Notes under the pieces: generated by a model
Databases searched by the model: none
Told to the model about the DNA's origin: nothing
Seen by the model: only the letters and a program-made list of their open reading frames with translations
Assembly (NCBI GenBank): GCA_048213135.1
Contig: PS015082.1
Location: 162,466 to 226,465 of the forward strand
Origin: Reclinomonas americana ATCC 50394
Lineage: Eukaryota
Reading direction: 5' to 3'
DNA length: 64,000 nucleotides
Part shown: positions 11,133 to 23,308 of the stretch, piece after piece
How the letters are laid out: every line of letters begins with the position of its first letter
Numbering within the stretch: position 1 is the stretch's first letter
Program-made: the position numbers and the translations under genes

Positions 11133-13939
11133 ATGCAGGGCGAAGACATCCTCGCCTCGCTCAATCGCTGCCGTTGTCGGCTCGTTCGTCCTCCAGATCG
11201 GAGCTCGAGTCGTGGACGCAAGACTCGACACGATGAACCGGAAAAAGTTCTTCTGCTCAGAGGTTCGTCACACACAGCGTCTATACACCGTGCACTGCTG
11301 TCATGAGGCGAGCAGAGTGGCACACGGGGAAAGAAAGATCAGAGGTGTCATATTCGCTCATCAATCTGATCATGATATGCAGCCACACGCATCACCTCTG
11401 CCATTCGCAACCACGCTGCCACCATCGAGGTGCTGCAGCGCTACGAGAACGACTCGGCCACCGATGTTGTCGAGGCCGTCCTTAGTGTGCCCGTCGATGC
11501 GGGCACGGTGGTCGCCGACTTTGCCGTGGCGCGTGTGGACGGGAGAGTGATTCGTGGTTCGGTGAGACCGCGAGAGGAGGCCGCCGACACGTATGACGAT
11601 GCACTGGCGTCGGGACAGGCGGCGTACATGGTGCAGCAGAAGAAGGACACACAGCGCAAGACGTTTGAGGTGCATCTGGGTCGGTTGGATCCTGGTGGTG
11701 AGTGAGTGATTGAGTGATTGGGTGATTGAGAAGTGATCCGCTTGTGAGATCTCATTCGGTGAGCAGAGTCGGTGACGTGCATGGTGAAACTGGTGCGGGA
11801 GGGAGCACTGGAGCCAGTGGGAAACACGTTTGTGCATGTGATCGAAGCGGGACTGTTGCCTTCATTCGAGGATGCTGGGTGAGTGCGATTCAATGTTGTT
11901 GTTGTGGTGATGGTGAAAGAGGAGAGACTGACTGCTCAAGTGCGTGTGCGTGTGCGTGTGACAGNNNNNNNNNNNNNNNNNNNNNNNNNNNNNNNNNNNN
12001 NNNNNNNNNNNNNNNNNNNNNNNNNNNNNNNNNNNNNNNNNNNNNNNNNNNNNNNNNNNNNNNNNGCGGGCGTTGCGACTGTTCCTGACGAGCTTGGACG
12101 AAGGTGTGATGTTCAATGTCATCAAGTTCAACAGCTGGCACGAATCACTGTTTTCAGCCAGTGCTGAATTCAGTGATGAGTCGGCCGTACTGGCAAGTGC
12201 ATTCGTGGAGGGCATGCGGGTGAGTGGTTGCGAGAGTGCTTGTCTTCCTCGGATTTACTGTTTACACGCTTTGTGATTCCTCTGCAGGCGAACGGTGGCA
12301 CGGAGCTGCTTCGCCCACTGGACTTTGTGCTGTCGCAGCCAGTGGCGGCTGGACGCACTCGACAAGTTTGCGTGTTGACCGACGGACAAGTGGAACATCG
12401 ACATTTGTGTATTGAGCGTGTGGCTGCTGAGAAGCACTCGACTCGTGTGTTCACCATTGGTCTCGGATCCGGTGTGGATCGGCTCTTGGTATCCGAGTTG
12501 GCGCGCGTGGGTCACGGCTCGTGCGCGTTGGTGGACCCTGGAACGAGTGAGCTGGCGGCGATAGTTGTGGGACAGCTGAAGGAGATGCAAGTGCCAGCAA
12601 TCACGAATTGCGAGCTGCGTGGATTGCCGGCGCATGCACGACTGTGTGTGGACGCAATTGCACCGAGCTTTGCCAACAAGAGCACGTCGGTGTATGTGTT
12701 CTTTGAGGAGAGCGAGGAGAGTGGATTCGAGGTGGAGTTTGTGGCAAGTGTGGGCGATGGTGAGTGGGGTGACAATCGTTCGAGTTGAATTAATGGAGAA
12801 AGTGTGTTTGCTGACTGTTTGTGTTGCAGATGTGATTCGGCAGACTGTTCGGATTGAGGGAGGTGGAGGGCGTGCACGGAGCGGAACGATGTTGCATGTG
12901 CTTGCGGCGAACCAGCGGATCAAGGAGCTTGAGGATCGAGCGAACAAGGGAGCAGCAGAGTTTCGTTTCCCACAAGTTTGTTGTCATTGAGTTTATTGAT
13001 CTCTGACTGTGGTGTTTTTGTTGTTGTGGAACGAGCAGAAAGGCGGAGATTGTTGAGCTGTCGACGACGTTCAATGTGGCATCGTCTGAGGCGTCGTTTG
13101 TGGCAGTGGACACGAGCAGTCGTGGAGCGCTGTCGAGTGCGCCGGTTGTGCTCGACATGAATGTGTTGCTTGTCGCCTTGCATGCGGACAGCCGGTCAGT
13201 TCCTGCCAGTCGACCTGTAACAGCGAGTCGACGGCATCGAAAGTCGCGTCGAGCACCGGTGAGGCGCGCCAGGAAACATCGGGCGGCGCGCCGAGGTGCC
13301 TCTGCTGCCGTGCCTGTTGTCGAGCCAGAAGAGGCTGAGGATGTTGACGTTGGCGCCCCCAATCTATCGTCGTCAGCGGCGCCAGTTGCTGCGGCCATGT
13401 CAATGACTGGCGGGTTCAGCGAAGAGGATGAGTGCGACGATGACGACGAGGCGGAGGTGCTATCCACTGGCTACTCTCCACCGCAGCCGTCGCTGTTGCA
13501 ACCCACTGCCGCTGCCTCGGAGTCGTACCTCGTGGCTGCACCGCGTGCCCCCAGTGCTGCTCCAGTGGTCGCTCAGTCCGCAAGTCGTGCGGCTCCAGTT
13601 GTCTCAAGGTTATCGCCGCTGGGTAGCCGCCTGGACGCCCTGCTCTTCTCACAGAGCGCCAGTGGTGCATGGACTGAGGCCGACCTCCTGGCCACAGCCA
13701 TGAGCGTCACTCTCGCCACCCTGCTGCGCAGCAAGCCGATCGAGGTCGAACAGGCGCTGTGGCTGACGGCCGTGGTGGTGGCGCTGTTGGAATTGCGACA
13801 TGCAGCCACCAGGAGCGAGTGGGAGCTGATTGCCGCCAAGGCCTCTCGGTTCCTGGCGAAGCGCAACGTCAGTTCATTACTCGACACCGCCAGGGGGTTT
13901 GTCAGTGCACAGCCGAGCGAAGGTGCAAGAGACAAGTGA
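11133..13939 (+). CDS. VWA5A-like VIT+vWA protein, copy D (internal gap)
   Basis: Starts MQGEDILASL..., spliced into the shared ATRITSAIRNH VIT exon; vWA exons and C-terminal module. Confidence 0.8.
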
Positions 13940-14001
13940 ACTTCTCAGTCGTCGTCCTTTGCATGTCTGTCCCCACCCCCTCCACCTTTTGCGATCTACA
14001 C

Positions 14002-15718
14002 ATGCGAGTGCTGATCTCTGGTGCCGGCGTGGCGGGCCTCACGCTTGCCGCCTCGCTCCGTCGCCTGCGACCACAAAGCGCGCATTCAGTGACAGTGGTC
14101 GATGCTGCCAAGACGCCGACAATCGCCCGCGCGCATCTTGCAGCCTCGGGCTTGCTCTTGTGCCCGCCGGCTACCGAGGCTCTTCGTCGTGTGGGAGTGA
14201 GCTCTTCAGCAGGGCGACCAGGCAGCAACGTGATGTCGGCCCTCATGTCTCGTGGTGCGTGCGCGTGCATGTGTGATTCGGCATTGCAGGAGTGGCTAAT
14301 GCATGCCTCTCTCTCTCACACACACAGGCGTGCAGCTTGACAAGTTTGTCATGACCAGCGAGACAGGCGTTGAGTACGGCAGCGTGAATCTGCGAGAGTT
14401 GAGCGAGCGTGCAGGTGGAGCCCCGTTCATCGGCGTACATCATCATGCCTTGTTGGAGGTGTGTGCTTATTACTGGAGCTGTGGCCAGTCGCAGTGTGTT
14501 GACTGCGGTGTCTGGTGGCGCGTGCAGGAGCTAGAGAACGCAGTGACGAATCCAGCACTGGAGGGTCGCGTCCCACTGGTCAGCTACGCCACCTCGTTGC
14601 GCAAGATGCATCGCGGGACCAAGGGCGGCAAGCGGGAGATTGTATGCTCGTTTGGTGGTCTACGACAGGACTCTTCGTACGATCTGCTGGTCGGCGCCGA
14701 TGGTGTGGCCTCAAAAACGTGCGAGCTGGGGTTTGTGGACGGGCAGAACCATGCGAATCGTGTGCGTTTCCTCGGCATCGGCGCCTTCCAGATTGTGCTT
14801 CCGCGACCCGATGTGTGGAAGAATCGGCAGGAGATGGTGGAGATGTGGTACGCTAGCTGCTTCGCCTCCTCATGCGTGCGTCAATCAGCTGTTCATCGTC
14901 GATTCGCCATGCAGGGGCAACGGTGCACGCATGACCATGTATCCGATCAGCCAGACCGAGTTGTACTGCTGCGGCACGTTCCCCATTCCGCGCCCGATGA
15001 CCTTTGAGGCTCGCAACGAGCTCAGCCGTGCCGTGGATCAGTTTTTCACCAAATTCACCGATCACGGTGCTCCTCAAGTGCTGGCCGAACTGCGAAGAGT
15101 TTCGCATCTGCGTGCATGTGTTCTCGTTCTTGTGTGTCGTCTCATCCGTGCAATCCGTGTGTGCTACAGCCTGAGTCGCCTGCCGCCTACTCGTACACTG
15201 TTCCGGCCTCGGTGAACCCCGACACGCCGTGGTCAAAAGAGGGCGTCCTGCTGATTGGTGACGCGGCACACGCCGTCAGCCCACTACCGTGGCAAGCTCC
15301 GGTGCGTGCAACACCCGCTGCATTCGTCTTTGTTGCCTACTGAAAATGGCTTCTCGTGCAGGGAGCATCGCTGGCCATTGAGGATGCAGTGTTGCTGGCC
15401 GATCTGCTTCTGGCGCGAGTCGAAGGCAAGGCCGATCTCGCGGCAGCCGTCGATGCAGTTGTCGACGAATTCGAGGCGCGCCGCCGGGCACGCATCCAGT
15501 TGCTGAGCAACGAGGCCTACAAGTTGTCACTGTCGGCGCACACTGTGTTGCCCTCGGTGCGACACGCCATGCGGCGAGTGGTGAGTCGGTTGTCTCTTGC
15601 AAGCGGCAAGGTAGTGTGGTGAAGTGATTCTGACGCACGTACACAACCACAGACGGTCAAGTTTATGATGACGAGTGGCTCGATGAACGGCCGTTTCTCG
15701 CAGATTGCTGATCTATGA
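14002..15718 (+). CDS. FAD-dependent monooxygenase (UbiH/salicylate hydroxylase-like)
   Basis: MRVLISGAGVAGL Rossmann motif, DLLVGADG, LIGDAAHA, GASLAIEDA; 6 introns. Confidence 0.9.
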
Positions 15719-15819
15719 CAACGGTGTGCGCACGCTGGTCACGCAACCATCACCACCACCATTGCACACATAGACAACTGCCTGTGGGAGTAGAGTAGTA
15801 AAACAATTCAAAAATATAT

Positions 15820-16964
15820 CTACTCCGACTTGGTTTCCGCTGGCGTTTTGCGCGTGCGCGGCCGAATGATGCCAAGCTTGGTGAGCATGCCAACGGTGAT
15901 CTTGTAGAACCAGAACAAGGAGAGGCCGAATACGGGGAACGTGCACACCACCATGGGAATCCACGCAATTCCGTGGGTGCGTTCCTGCATGTCGCCAATG
16001 TCGTGCACGAAACCGCGAATGATGACCAGCGGGAAGGTGAGGATGCGGAAGACGAGGAACGTCAGCCACATGCCGATGCCGTTGAGGAGGACAATCGACG
16101 CGGACGACTGCGTGCGTCCGAGAGTCGTCAGGAACCAATGGTTGTTGGTGAAAAAGGTCGAGAGCTGCATGCACAGTCGGTGAGTTCAATGTCTTGCGGA
16201 GCGCCACGACCAACTGCATACCTCGGCAAGCTGACCGAGATGCCCATAGTAGAACAGCTCGCCATAGTACATGCCCGTGGCAAACGGCAGCAGCGCCACA
16301 ATGTGGTGCACAAAGGAACTCGGCTGCGTGCGGAACACGTCAAAGTTGCGTATCATGGTCCACAGGTCGTGCACAAAGTAGCAGCACGAGAAGAGCAGCA
16401 GGAGCTCCGAGCGCCGGCTCCAACCCGTCACTCGATCCTCTATGCGCGTGCGTGCACTCAGCTCACGCTACACAAGCATGTGCGCGCAAGTCGGAAGAAC
16501 GAGCAAACCTTGCAGCACGCTGTCTGTGAGCACAACATACAGCGCGCCGAACCCAGTGACCAGTGCATGCTGGCACGCACGTCAGCGACAACGCCATCAC
16601 ATGCGTAACTGTACAGCATACATACCACGGTTGACAAGATTCGTGTATCCCACTGCGAAGCGGAATCAGTCATCAATCACAGCAAAAGAGAGAGAGAGAG
16701 AGAGAGAAAGAGATGGCCGCAAGCAGACCTCCACTCGTTGCGCCAACGACAAGCTCTCAAATGCCGCTGCGCGTGCAAGTGCGTGTACAGTGTCAGTGTC
16801 AGTCAACCACGATCAGTCGCGCGCGCGTGTGCGTGTGTGTGCTTACATCGACCAGGCCACTGTCGCCGTGTGAAGAACTCGTGCGCCCACCAGTTGATCA
16901 GCACCAGCACTCCCACACCAATGCACCCGTCGACAACGACCTGCACAAGCCGCTCATGCGACAT
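15820..16964 (-). CDS. TLC (TRAM/LAG1/CLN8) domain membrane protein, TLCD/TMEM56-like
   Basis: RILSTV|HA, YFVHDL, FVHH, E|LST.F.N..W, F..FRI and L.LFWF.KI motifs; multiple hydrophobic helices. Confidence 0.8.
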
Positions 16965-17039
16965 CTTTTATTTGTCGGAAGAATAAGGTGTCCTCAAGGA
17001 CAAGTCTCTCTTCTCACTAGTCGCTCTTCGTGTGACACA

Positions 17040-18970
17040 ATGAAGCGCGTTGCTGATGTTCGCTCCAGTGGCCAAGCCCTGTTCTTTGACGAGGAGACAG
17101 GCTTGACACTCGACGTGTCGGGCTTTGCTGCGCCCTTTGATGACGTTCTGTCACAGACACTCACATGCACACACAACAGTCTCGTCATGTGCTCACACTC
17201 TCTTTCTATGCACACAGGTGCTGCCGCGCTTCCAGTACGCCTTTGATCGCGCAGTGGCCACCATTGAGGCCATTGAGGTGCGCACAATCTCTCTCTTTCT
17301 GTCAGTGCCGCACAGTTGTTGTTGTGTTTATGTCGAGCAACCCTCTCTCTGTTACAGTCGGGTGCTGTGGTGAATGCCACGGCCGTAGTCGGAGAGAGCG
17401 AGAACCGCCAAGTTGATCATTACAACCTGCGACTGCGTGAGGAGCGAGTGCCGGGCAAGAGCCTCGCGCACTCGTTGGCACTGTGGGATCGTGTGCGCAC
17501 TGATGTCGGTCAGATCCTTGCTGGCGAGTGAATACACGTTGTGTGAGGAGTGCGATGGAGGGGCGTGCAGGTGCTGATTCTCTTGCTGTGTGCACAGGCG
17601 AGGTGGTGAATGCGGCGGGCGGTCGATTCCGCGATGCGATTTTCAATGGCATCGGAGGCTCGTACTTGGGTCCGCTCATGCTGGTCGTCGGGCAGCTCGG
17701 CAATGACTTTAACATGAGTGGTGAGCTGCAGTTGTCTGTTTGTGTGTGCGTGCGTGCGGTCGTCTGAGACGTGCGCCAGACTCTGTGCCGGTCAAGATGC
17801 ACTTTGTGAGCAACACGGATCCGGAGGGCTTTGCCAATGTGCTGCGTCGTGTGGCGTCGCTGGAGACCACGCTGCTGGTGAACATGTCCAAGAGCGGCAG
17901 CACTGCCGAGACCAAGGTGCGCCGTGTGTGTTGTGTTGTCGGATGTGGACAGTTGTCGTGACTGCTGTCGGTCGGCATGCAGGGCAACATGGACACGTTC
18001 AACGAGCTGCTGGCCGCCGCCGCCCGTGCGTAGTGATGGCGTGCTAGATGGTGCTGTTGCGTGCGCTCACAGATTCTCTCTCGATTACAGCGTCGGCAAA
18101 TGTCGGCCTCCACAACATTGCGATCACCACCGAGGGCTCGCCGTTCGACAAGTACGCTCGCGAGAAGGGCTTCCGTGCAATCTACCACATGTTCAACGAG
18201 ACCGGCGGCCGCGTGAGTGTGTGCAGGTGTGTCCCCCACCATGATGATGTTGTTTGCTCCCGAAGAGTCTCATTGCCTCTTGCAGTGCCATTGGCATGGT
18301 GCCGGCTGCGTTTGCCGGCCTGGATTTCGGAAAGTTCCTGGAGGGCCAGTCGCACATGGACGAGCTCACCCGCCGCCCCGACGCCACACGCAACCCGGCG
18401 TTCATCGTGGCCTCGTACATTCAGCACCTGACAAACCGCGTTGGCCCGCGCAACATGATTGTTGCGTCGACCGCTGCAGCGTCACCTTTGTGCACGCAAG
18501 CGGCTGACTTACCTATTTTTTGCGACGTGCAGGTGCTCGGCTACAGCGACTACTTGCGCGAGTTTTCGCACTACCTGCAGCAGTTGTACATGGAGAGTCT
18601 CGGCAAGGAGTACACCAACAGCGGCATTCGCCGCCCGTACGGACAGACGCTGTTTGGTGGCGTCGGCACTGGCGAGCAGCACGCATTCATGCAGCAAGTG
18701 CAAAAGGGCCTGCGTGACTGCTTTGTGCGCTTTGCACATTTCCGCAAGCGCTCAGTGTTGCGTTGTGGCGGTGGCGAGCTTTCTCTGGCAGATCGTTGTG
18801 TGTGTGCTGATTTGCGTCTCCCTCTCCAGTGACTTTGTCAACGAGAAGGCCGGCTCACTCGGCCGCCAGCTGCTGGCCTTTGTGCGTGGCACGCAGAATG
18901 CGCTGGCGCAAAATGACGTGCCCTACATGGACCTCACACTGGAGCACAACGATATGTTCAACTGGGGGTG

Positions 18971-19002
<32 letters not shown>

Positions 19003-19463
19003 CCTGCTCGTATGTGTCGCACACGACTCACTGCTGCGGCGCAGCATGATGATTGCGCTGGAGGAGCGCATTGTCACTGTGCTGGCAGTGATGAACGACG
19101 TCAACGCCTACGATCAGCCCGGTGTGCAAGACGGCAAGTTGGCCGCCGACGCCGTCAACGCCCTTTCGAAGCGCGTGGTGTCGACCATGCCTGCTGCTTT
19201 TGCTGGTGAGGGAGAGGCGTCGCTCACGTGTGCCGGTCACAATATCTCATGACTCACTGTCCTTTCGCACTGCAGGCACGGCGGAGGACTACGCACATGC
19301 TGTGCTGCGTGACAGCGCCGTCAACGTTGTCGACCTCGACGGCATCCTGTCGGACCTGGAGGCCAACCACGGTGTGAAGGACGCGTACCCGACCATCCGC
19401 CTGTCGTCCGCCAAGCGCGAGTTCGTGAATGGCCGTTTCCACTACGAGTTTGCCAAGCTCTGA
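17040..19463 (+). CDS. GPI: Glucose-6-phosphate isomerase (bacterial/cyanobacterial-like signature)
   Basis: GIGGSYLG, SKSGSTAET, GGRVSVCS, QQLYMESLGK, GTGEQHAFMQ, YDQPGVQDGK; about 11 introns. Confidence 0.9.
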
Positions 19464-19602
19464 GAGGCCACATGTCCGCGCTCTGTCTCCCCCTCCCCTC
19501 CCTTCCTTCTGTTTCATACTCTGAGTGTGTGGCGCTGTCGGGGGAGGAGAGAGAGAGAGGAACAACATCATGCTTCCAGTAAAGATTCCGTGTTCACCGC
19601 AC

Positions 19603-21240
19603 TCATGCTTCGGTGTACAACTCTGCGTCGGACTCGCAGCACCGATTGCACTTGCCCGGTGGCAGCGGGAAGAATATGCTCGTGTCCCTGGAGTGCGTGT
19701 GAGGGTGAGATACGCAAACGGAGCGCAAACAGCAAGCTCCCTCCCTCCCTCCCTCCACCCACCGCTTGTAAATGTTGTATTCGGCGATGCTCCCGTACTT
19801 TTCTCGATTGCGTTTCTCCAGCACTGCGAGACAAAGCCACTGATAAGAACGCGTCGAATAACGGTAAATAGTGGCACGTGTGCTTCTTGATGAACCTGGG
19901 ATACCCGACACAAAGAGCAGCAGGCCGGTGATCCACATGGGACCGGTGATGCTTATCCACCACACACTATGCAGCGACGATGCTGCCTAGGAGATTAATA
20001 CCCAAGCAACACATAGATAGTTGAAACAAACATACTGACGTACCACAGACAAGAAAGATACCGATCCACACCTAAGGCGAGCGGGGGAAAAGGAGTGTGA
20101 GATGCGGTCGAGGCGGACAAGACATCACAACTCCTCGTTACACACCAACACCTCTCCAAAATAGTTGGGATGCCGACTGCACAACGCAAATGCACCGTTG
20201 AGGCAACGAGGTTACGCTGATCGAAGATGGGTGCAGCGACGAGAGACGACGCACCTGTACCGCCACAAGCCGGTGACGGGACCAAACTTGCTCGGATTCT
20301 CCAGCTTCCACTGGTACTTTTGGTAGCTGTCACAGCAGCGTGCGCGACGACGTCAGTGACAATCGCCCACAATTTGCGTGAGACGATGGCGCCGCAAACG
20401 CAACTCGGCGATCGACTCAATCACCAGGCCAAACACAAAGATCACAGTACCGACGTAATCCGACCAGATGAGATGGTACGGCGTGGCTCCGTCGTCCGAC
20501 TCGACGTACACGAACGGGATGGCCACCACAAACACAGTCACCATCTGGAAGAGCCAGAAGAAGCCGAACTTGATGGGATCGTCGCCTGCAAAGTCACAGG
20601 GTCAGACACCAATTGCACTCGGAAGAACAAGGCCAGCTCGGCAAGCGCAACGGACGCGGTCGAAGCGATCGTCTTTGCCAATCTTCGCGATGCGGATGTC
20701 TGTTGAGAGGATAGAGAGAGAGACCAGCAATGCAGTGTGTGAGAGATAGAGACAAAGGAACTGCAGAGCGATCATTGCGGCACGAAACACAGATAGGTGC
20801 CGAGTCGGAGTCCCCATGTCTGCGCAATGCACATCGTGAGATCAAGAGAGGTACAAGAGAGAGGGAGAAGGCAACGCACAGTGACCAAGATGGTCAGCAG
20901 CACTTGTCGCGCCTGCACAAGTGAGAGATGAGCACATGCATGCACGCATCATCTCCATCTCTCTCCGCATTCACGCACAGTGTATGTGTTGTTGATGAAG
21001 AGCGTGAGCAGGCTGAGAATGACAAAGTTGAGACTGTAGCTCATGTCAGTGAGCTGCGTACCACCAACACACACACGCGCGTGCAGAGTGAGTGAGATGA
21101 TGATGTGAGAGACGATGGAAGAGAGCATCGATCCCAACCTTGTCGGTCTTCAGTGTGCAAGCAAACAAGTAGAACCCCAGCTGCAAGCCACCGGTGATGC
21201 CGGCGGAGATGCCCAGCATCGTGCCCGCAGAGTGGCCCAT
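19603..21240 (-). CDS. DUF1295 / steroid 5-alpha-reductase-like membrane protein
   Basis: KDDRFD, ESIAD.QK, GLWRYSRHPNYFGE and SGIP.LEK motifs after splicing. Confidence 0.85.
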
Positions 21241-21376
21241 CTTGTCTCTCTTTCAACGAGCTTACTTGTATACGGATCAATGAACGGATGATGATGCGAC
21301 GATACATGTTCATTGATGTGTGGAGTTGTTGCACTTCTCCCCTCCCCCCTCTCTCCCTCTCCCTCTCCCTCTCTGC

Positions 21377-22971
21377 TTAAATGAGGAACTGCTTGGAGCT
21401 GAGATGCGAAAGGCCTTGCGATCCTTCGGCTGCATCGCCAACGATGACGAAGTTGATGTCGGCCGGATCGCGCGGTGCCGCCAGTGGCACATGCACGCTG
21501 CTTGACCTTGCGCCCCTCCCGCTGGAGCCCGGGGCGAGTGGTACTGGTGACGGTGCTGGTGACACGTGCACGTCGTGCGGGGCTGGATGCAGCGCCGGCG
21601 ACGACTCGACGGCTAGTGATTCGGCGGACGAGGATGGCACCGGTGGCACTCCGTGGACGCTGGCACCCGAGTCCAGAACGCTCGCCACAGGCGCCGCTGC
21701 CGAATCGACAGCCACAGCAGCTACGGCACTGCCAGTGGCCGCTGCCACCGATCCAGTTGCCTCTTCCGTGGCCTCAGTGGCCACACCAGCAGCAGCAGCG
21801 CCAGCAGCAGCACCGACAGTGTCCTCGTCGCCGTGTTGCGCATCGAGCTGCAGCAGGAATGCCGACGTGTCGGCGGCCTCCTCCGGTGTACACCGCGTGG
21901 ACGCGAAAAACATGGGATGCTCGACATCGGCAAACGACTCCAGCTGCTCAATGATCGGCTGCCCACGCAGGTCACGCAAGCCGCCGTCGGCAGAGCGCAC
22001 CTCCTCCAACAGATGCGTCACCAGTCGCTGCACGTAGCGGTAAAAGCCCAGTGCCGTGAGCGATGCCAGTATGCGACGGATACGCGCATGTTGTTGCACT
22101 GTGCAGCAGCAGCGAGCGACAGACAGGCGCGGCGTGTGTCAGCGCACGAGGGTGCGTGCGTGGAAAGAAGAGCAAAAGGTACGCGCGCAACAATTGGTCA
22201 ACAATGCCGCATAGTACCGCTTCTTGTAATCGCGACTCCGCCGCACCTCGCCCGTTCGCTCGTCCACCAACTGCATCCCAAAGAAGCCCAGCATCATGCG
22301 ATACGATCTGCGCGTGCATGCACGCGTTCAGCAAGCAAGCAAGCAATGACAACAACTGAAAGAAAGTAGCGCAAAACTTTACGAGATTGCCCGCGACCTC
22401 CAGATCCGCGCGCATGGCCCGCGCCTCCCTCACTGTGAGCGCATGCGCATGCGCGTTGGTGCGCGGCTCGTGATAGTTGGGGAACAACCATTGCAAGTAC
22501 GAGTGATTGCACTGTCAAAGAGAGAGAGAGAGAGAGTCAGGCAAATGCAACACGCGCCGCGCGCGCGTTGACTGAAATGAATGCGCATGCATGCATACAT
22601 CGAGCTGCTCATAGTCGCTGGCCCACTTGTGCATATCCGACACAGTGCCGCCCTCATACGCAGGCTCCGAGGTTCGTGAGTCGCGGTAAAACTAACACAC
22701 AAACGCACACACACACACACACAAACGCACAAAGAGAAATGCTGAGTGTGAGCGACACACACGCACTCTCTTGTTGCTCTCTTTGTGTGTGAGTGCGTAC
22801 TTGGTAGTTGGGCATTGTGTCGCGAATGTCGCCTGCGGCAGAGATAGAGTCGGCCTTTCGATGACCGCGACGCAGTCGTCGTCGACCTCCGTCGGCTGTG
22901 GGCACTGAGGGCGCATTAGCGTCCTCCTCGTCACTGTCGTCGCCGTTGCCGCGACCGCACTTGGCGCCCAT
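21377..22971 (-). CDS. Opioid growth factor receptor (OGFr_N) domain protein
   Basis: HSYLQWLFP..E, SYRMML.FFG and RIRRIL.SL..LG motifs; N-terminus MGAKC. Confidence 0.75.
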
Positions 22972-23308
22972 TTAGTGTGTGTGTGTGTGTGTGGTGAACA
23001 AATGACCACCCAATTCATTCACGGAATTGGCGGGTGCCGGTGGTGTGTGTTGGTGAGTGGTGGTGGAAGCGCACTGGTGTGCATGTACTCTTCACCTTTA
23101 CGTCTATATGCAAGGAAACGAATGCCCTCCACGCAAGCTGTTGGCAATGACTGCAGAGATGGATAATCATCTTCCCTTCCTTGTCCAGCAATCGCCTGGC
23201 GATCCGGGATAACCCGCAGTACAAAGCTGCTTCTACGTGCTGTGATGTAGCTACAACACAGCTTCATTTACCACGACCACCTTGATGCTGTTCACGTGCC
23301 GTCGTCTC

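Noticed and set aside
16603-16609. GTTACGC as a shifted donor in the TLC gene
   Set aside because: The upstream canonical GTATGT donor gives the conserved STV|HA motif; this site lies inside the intron
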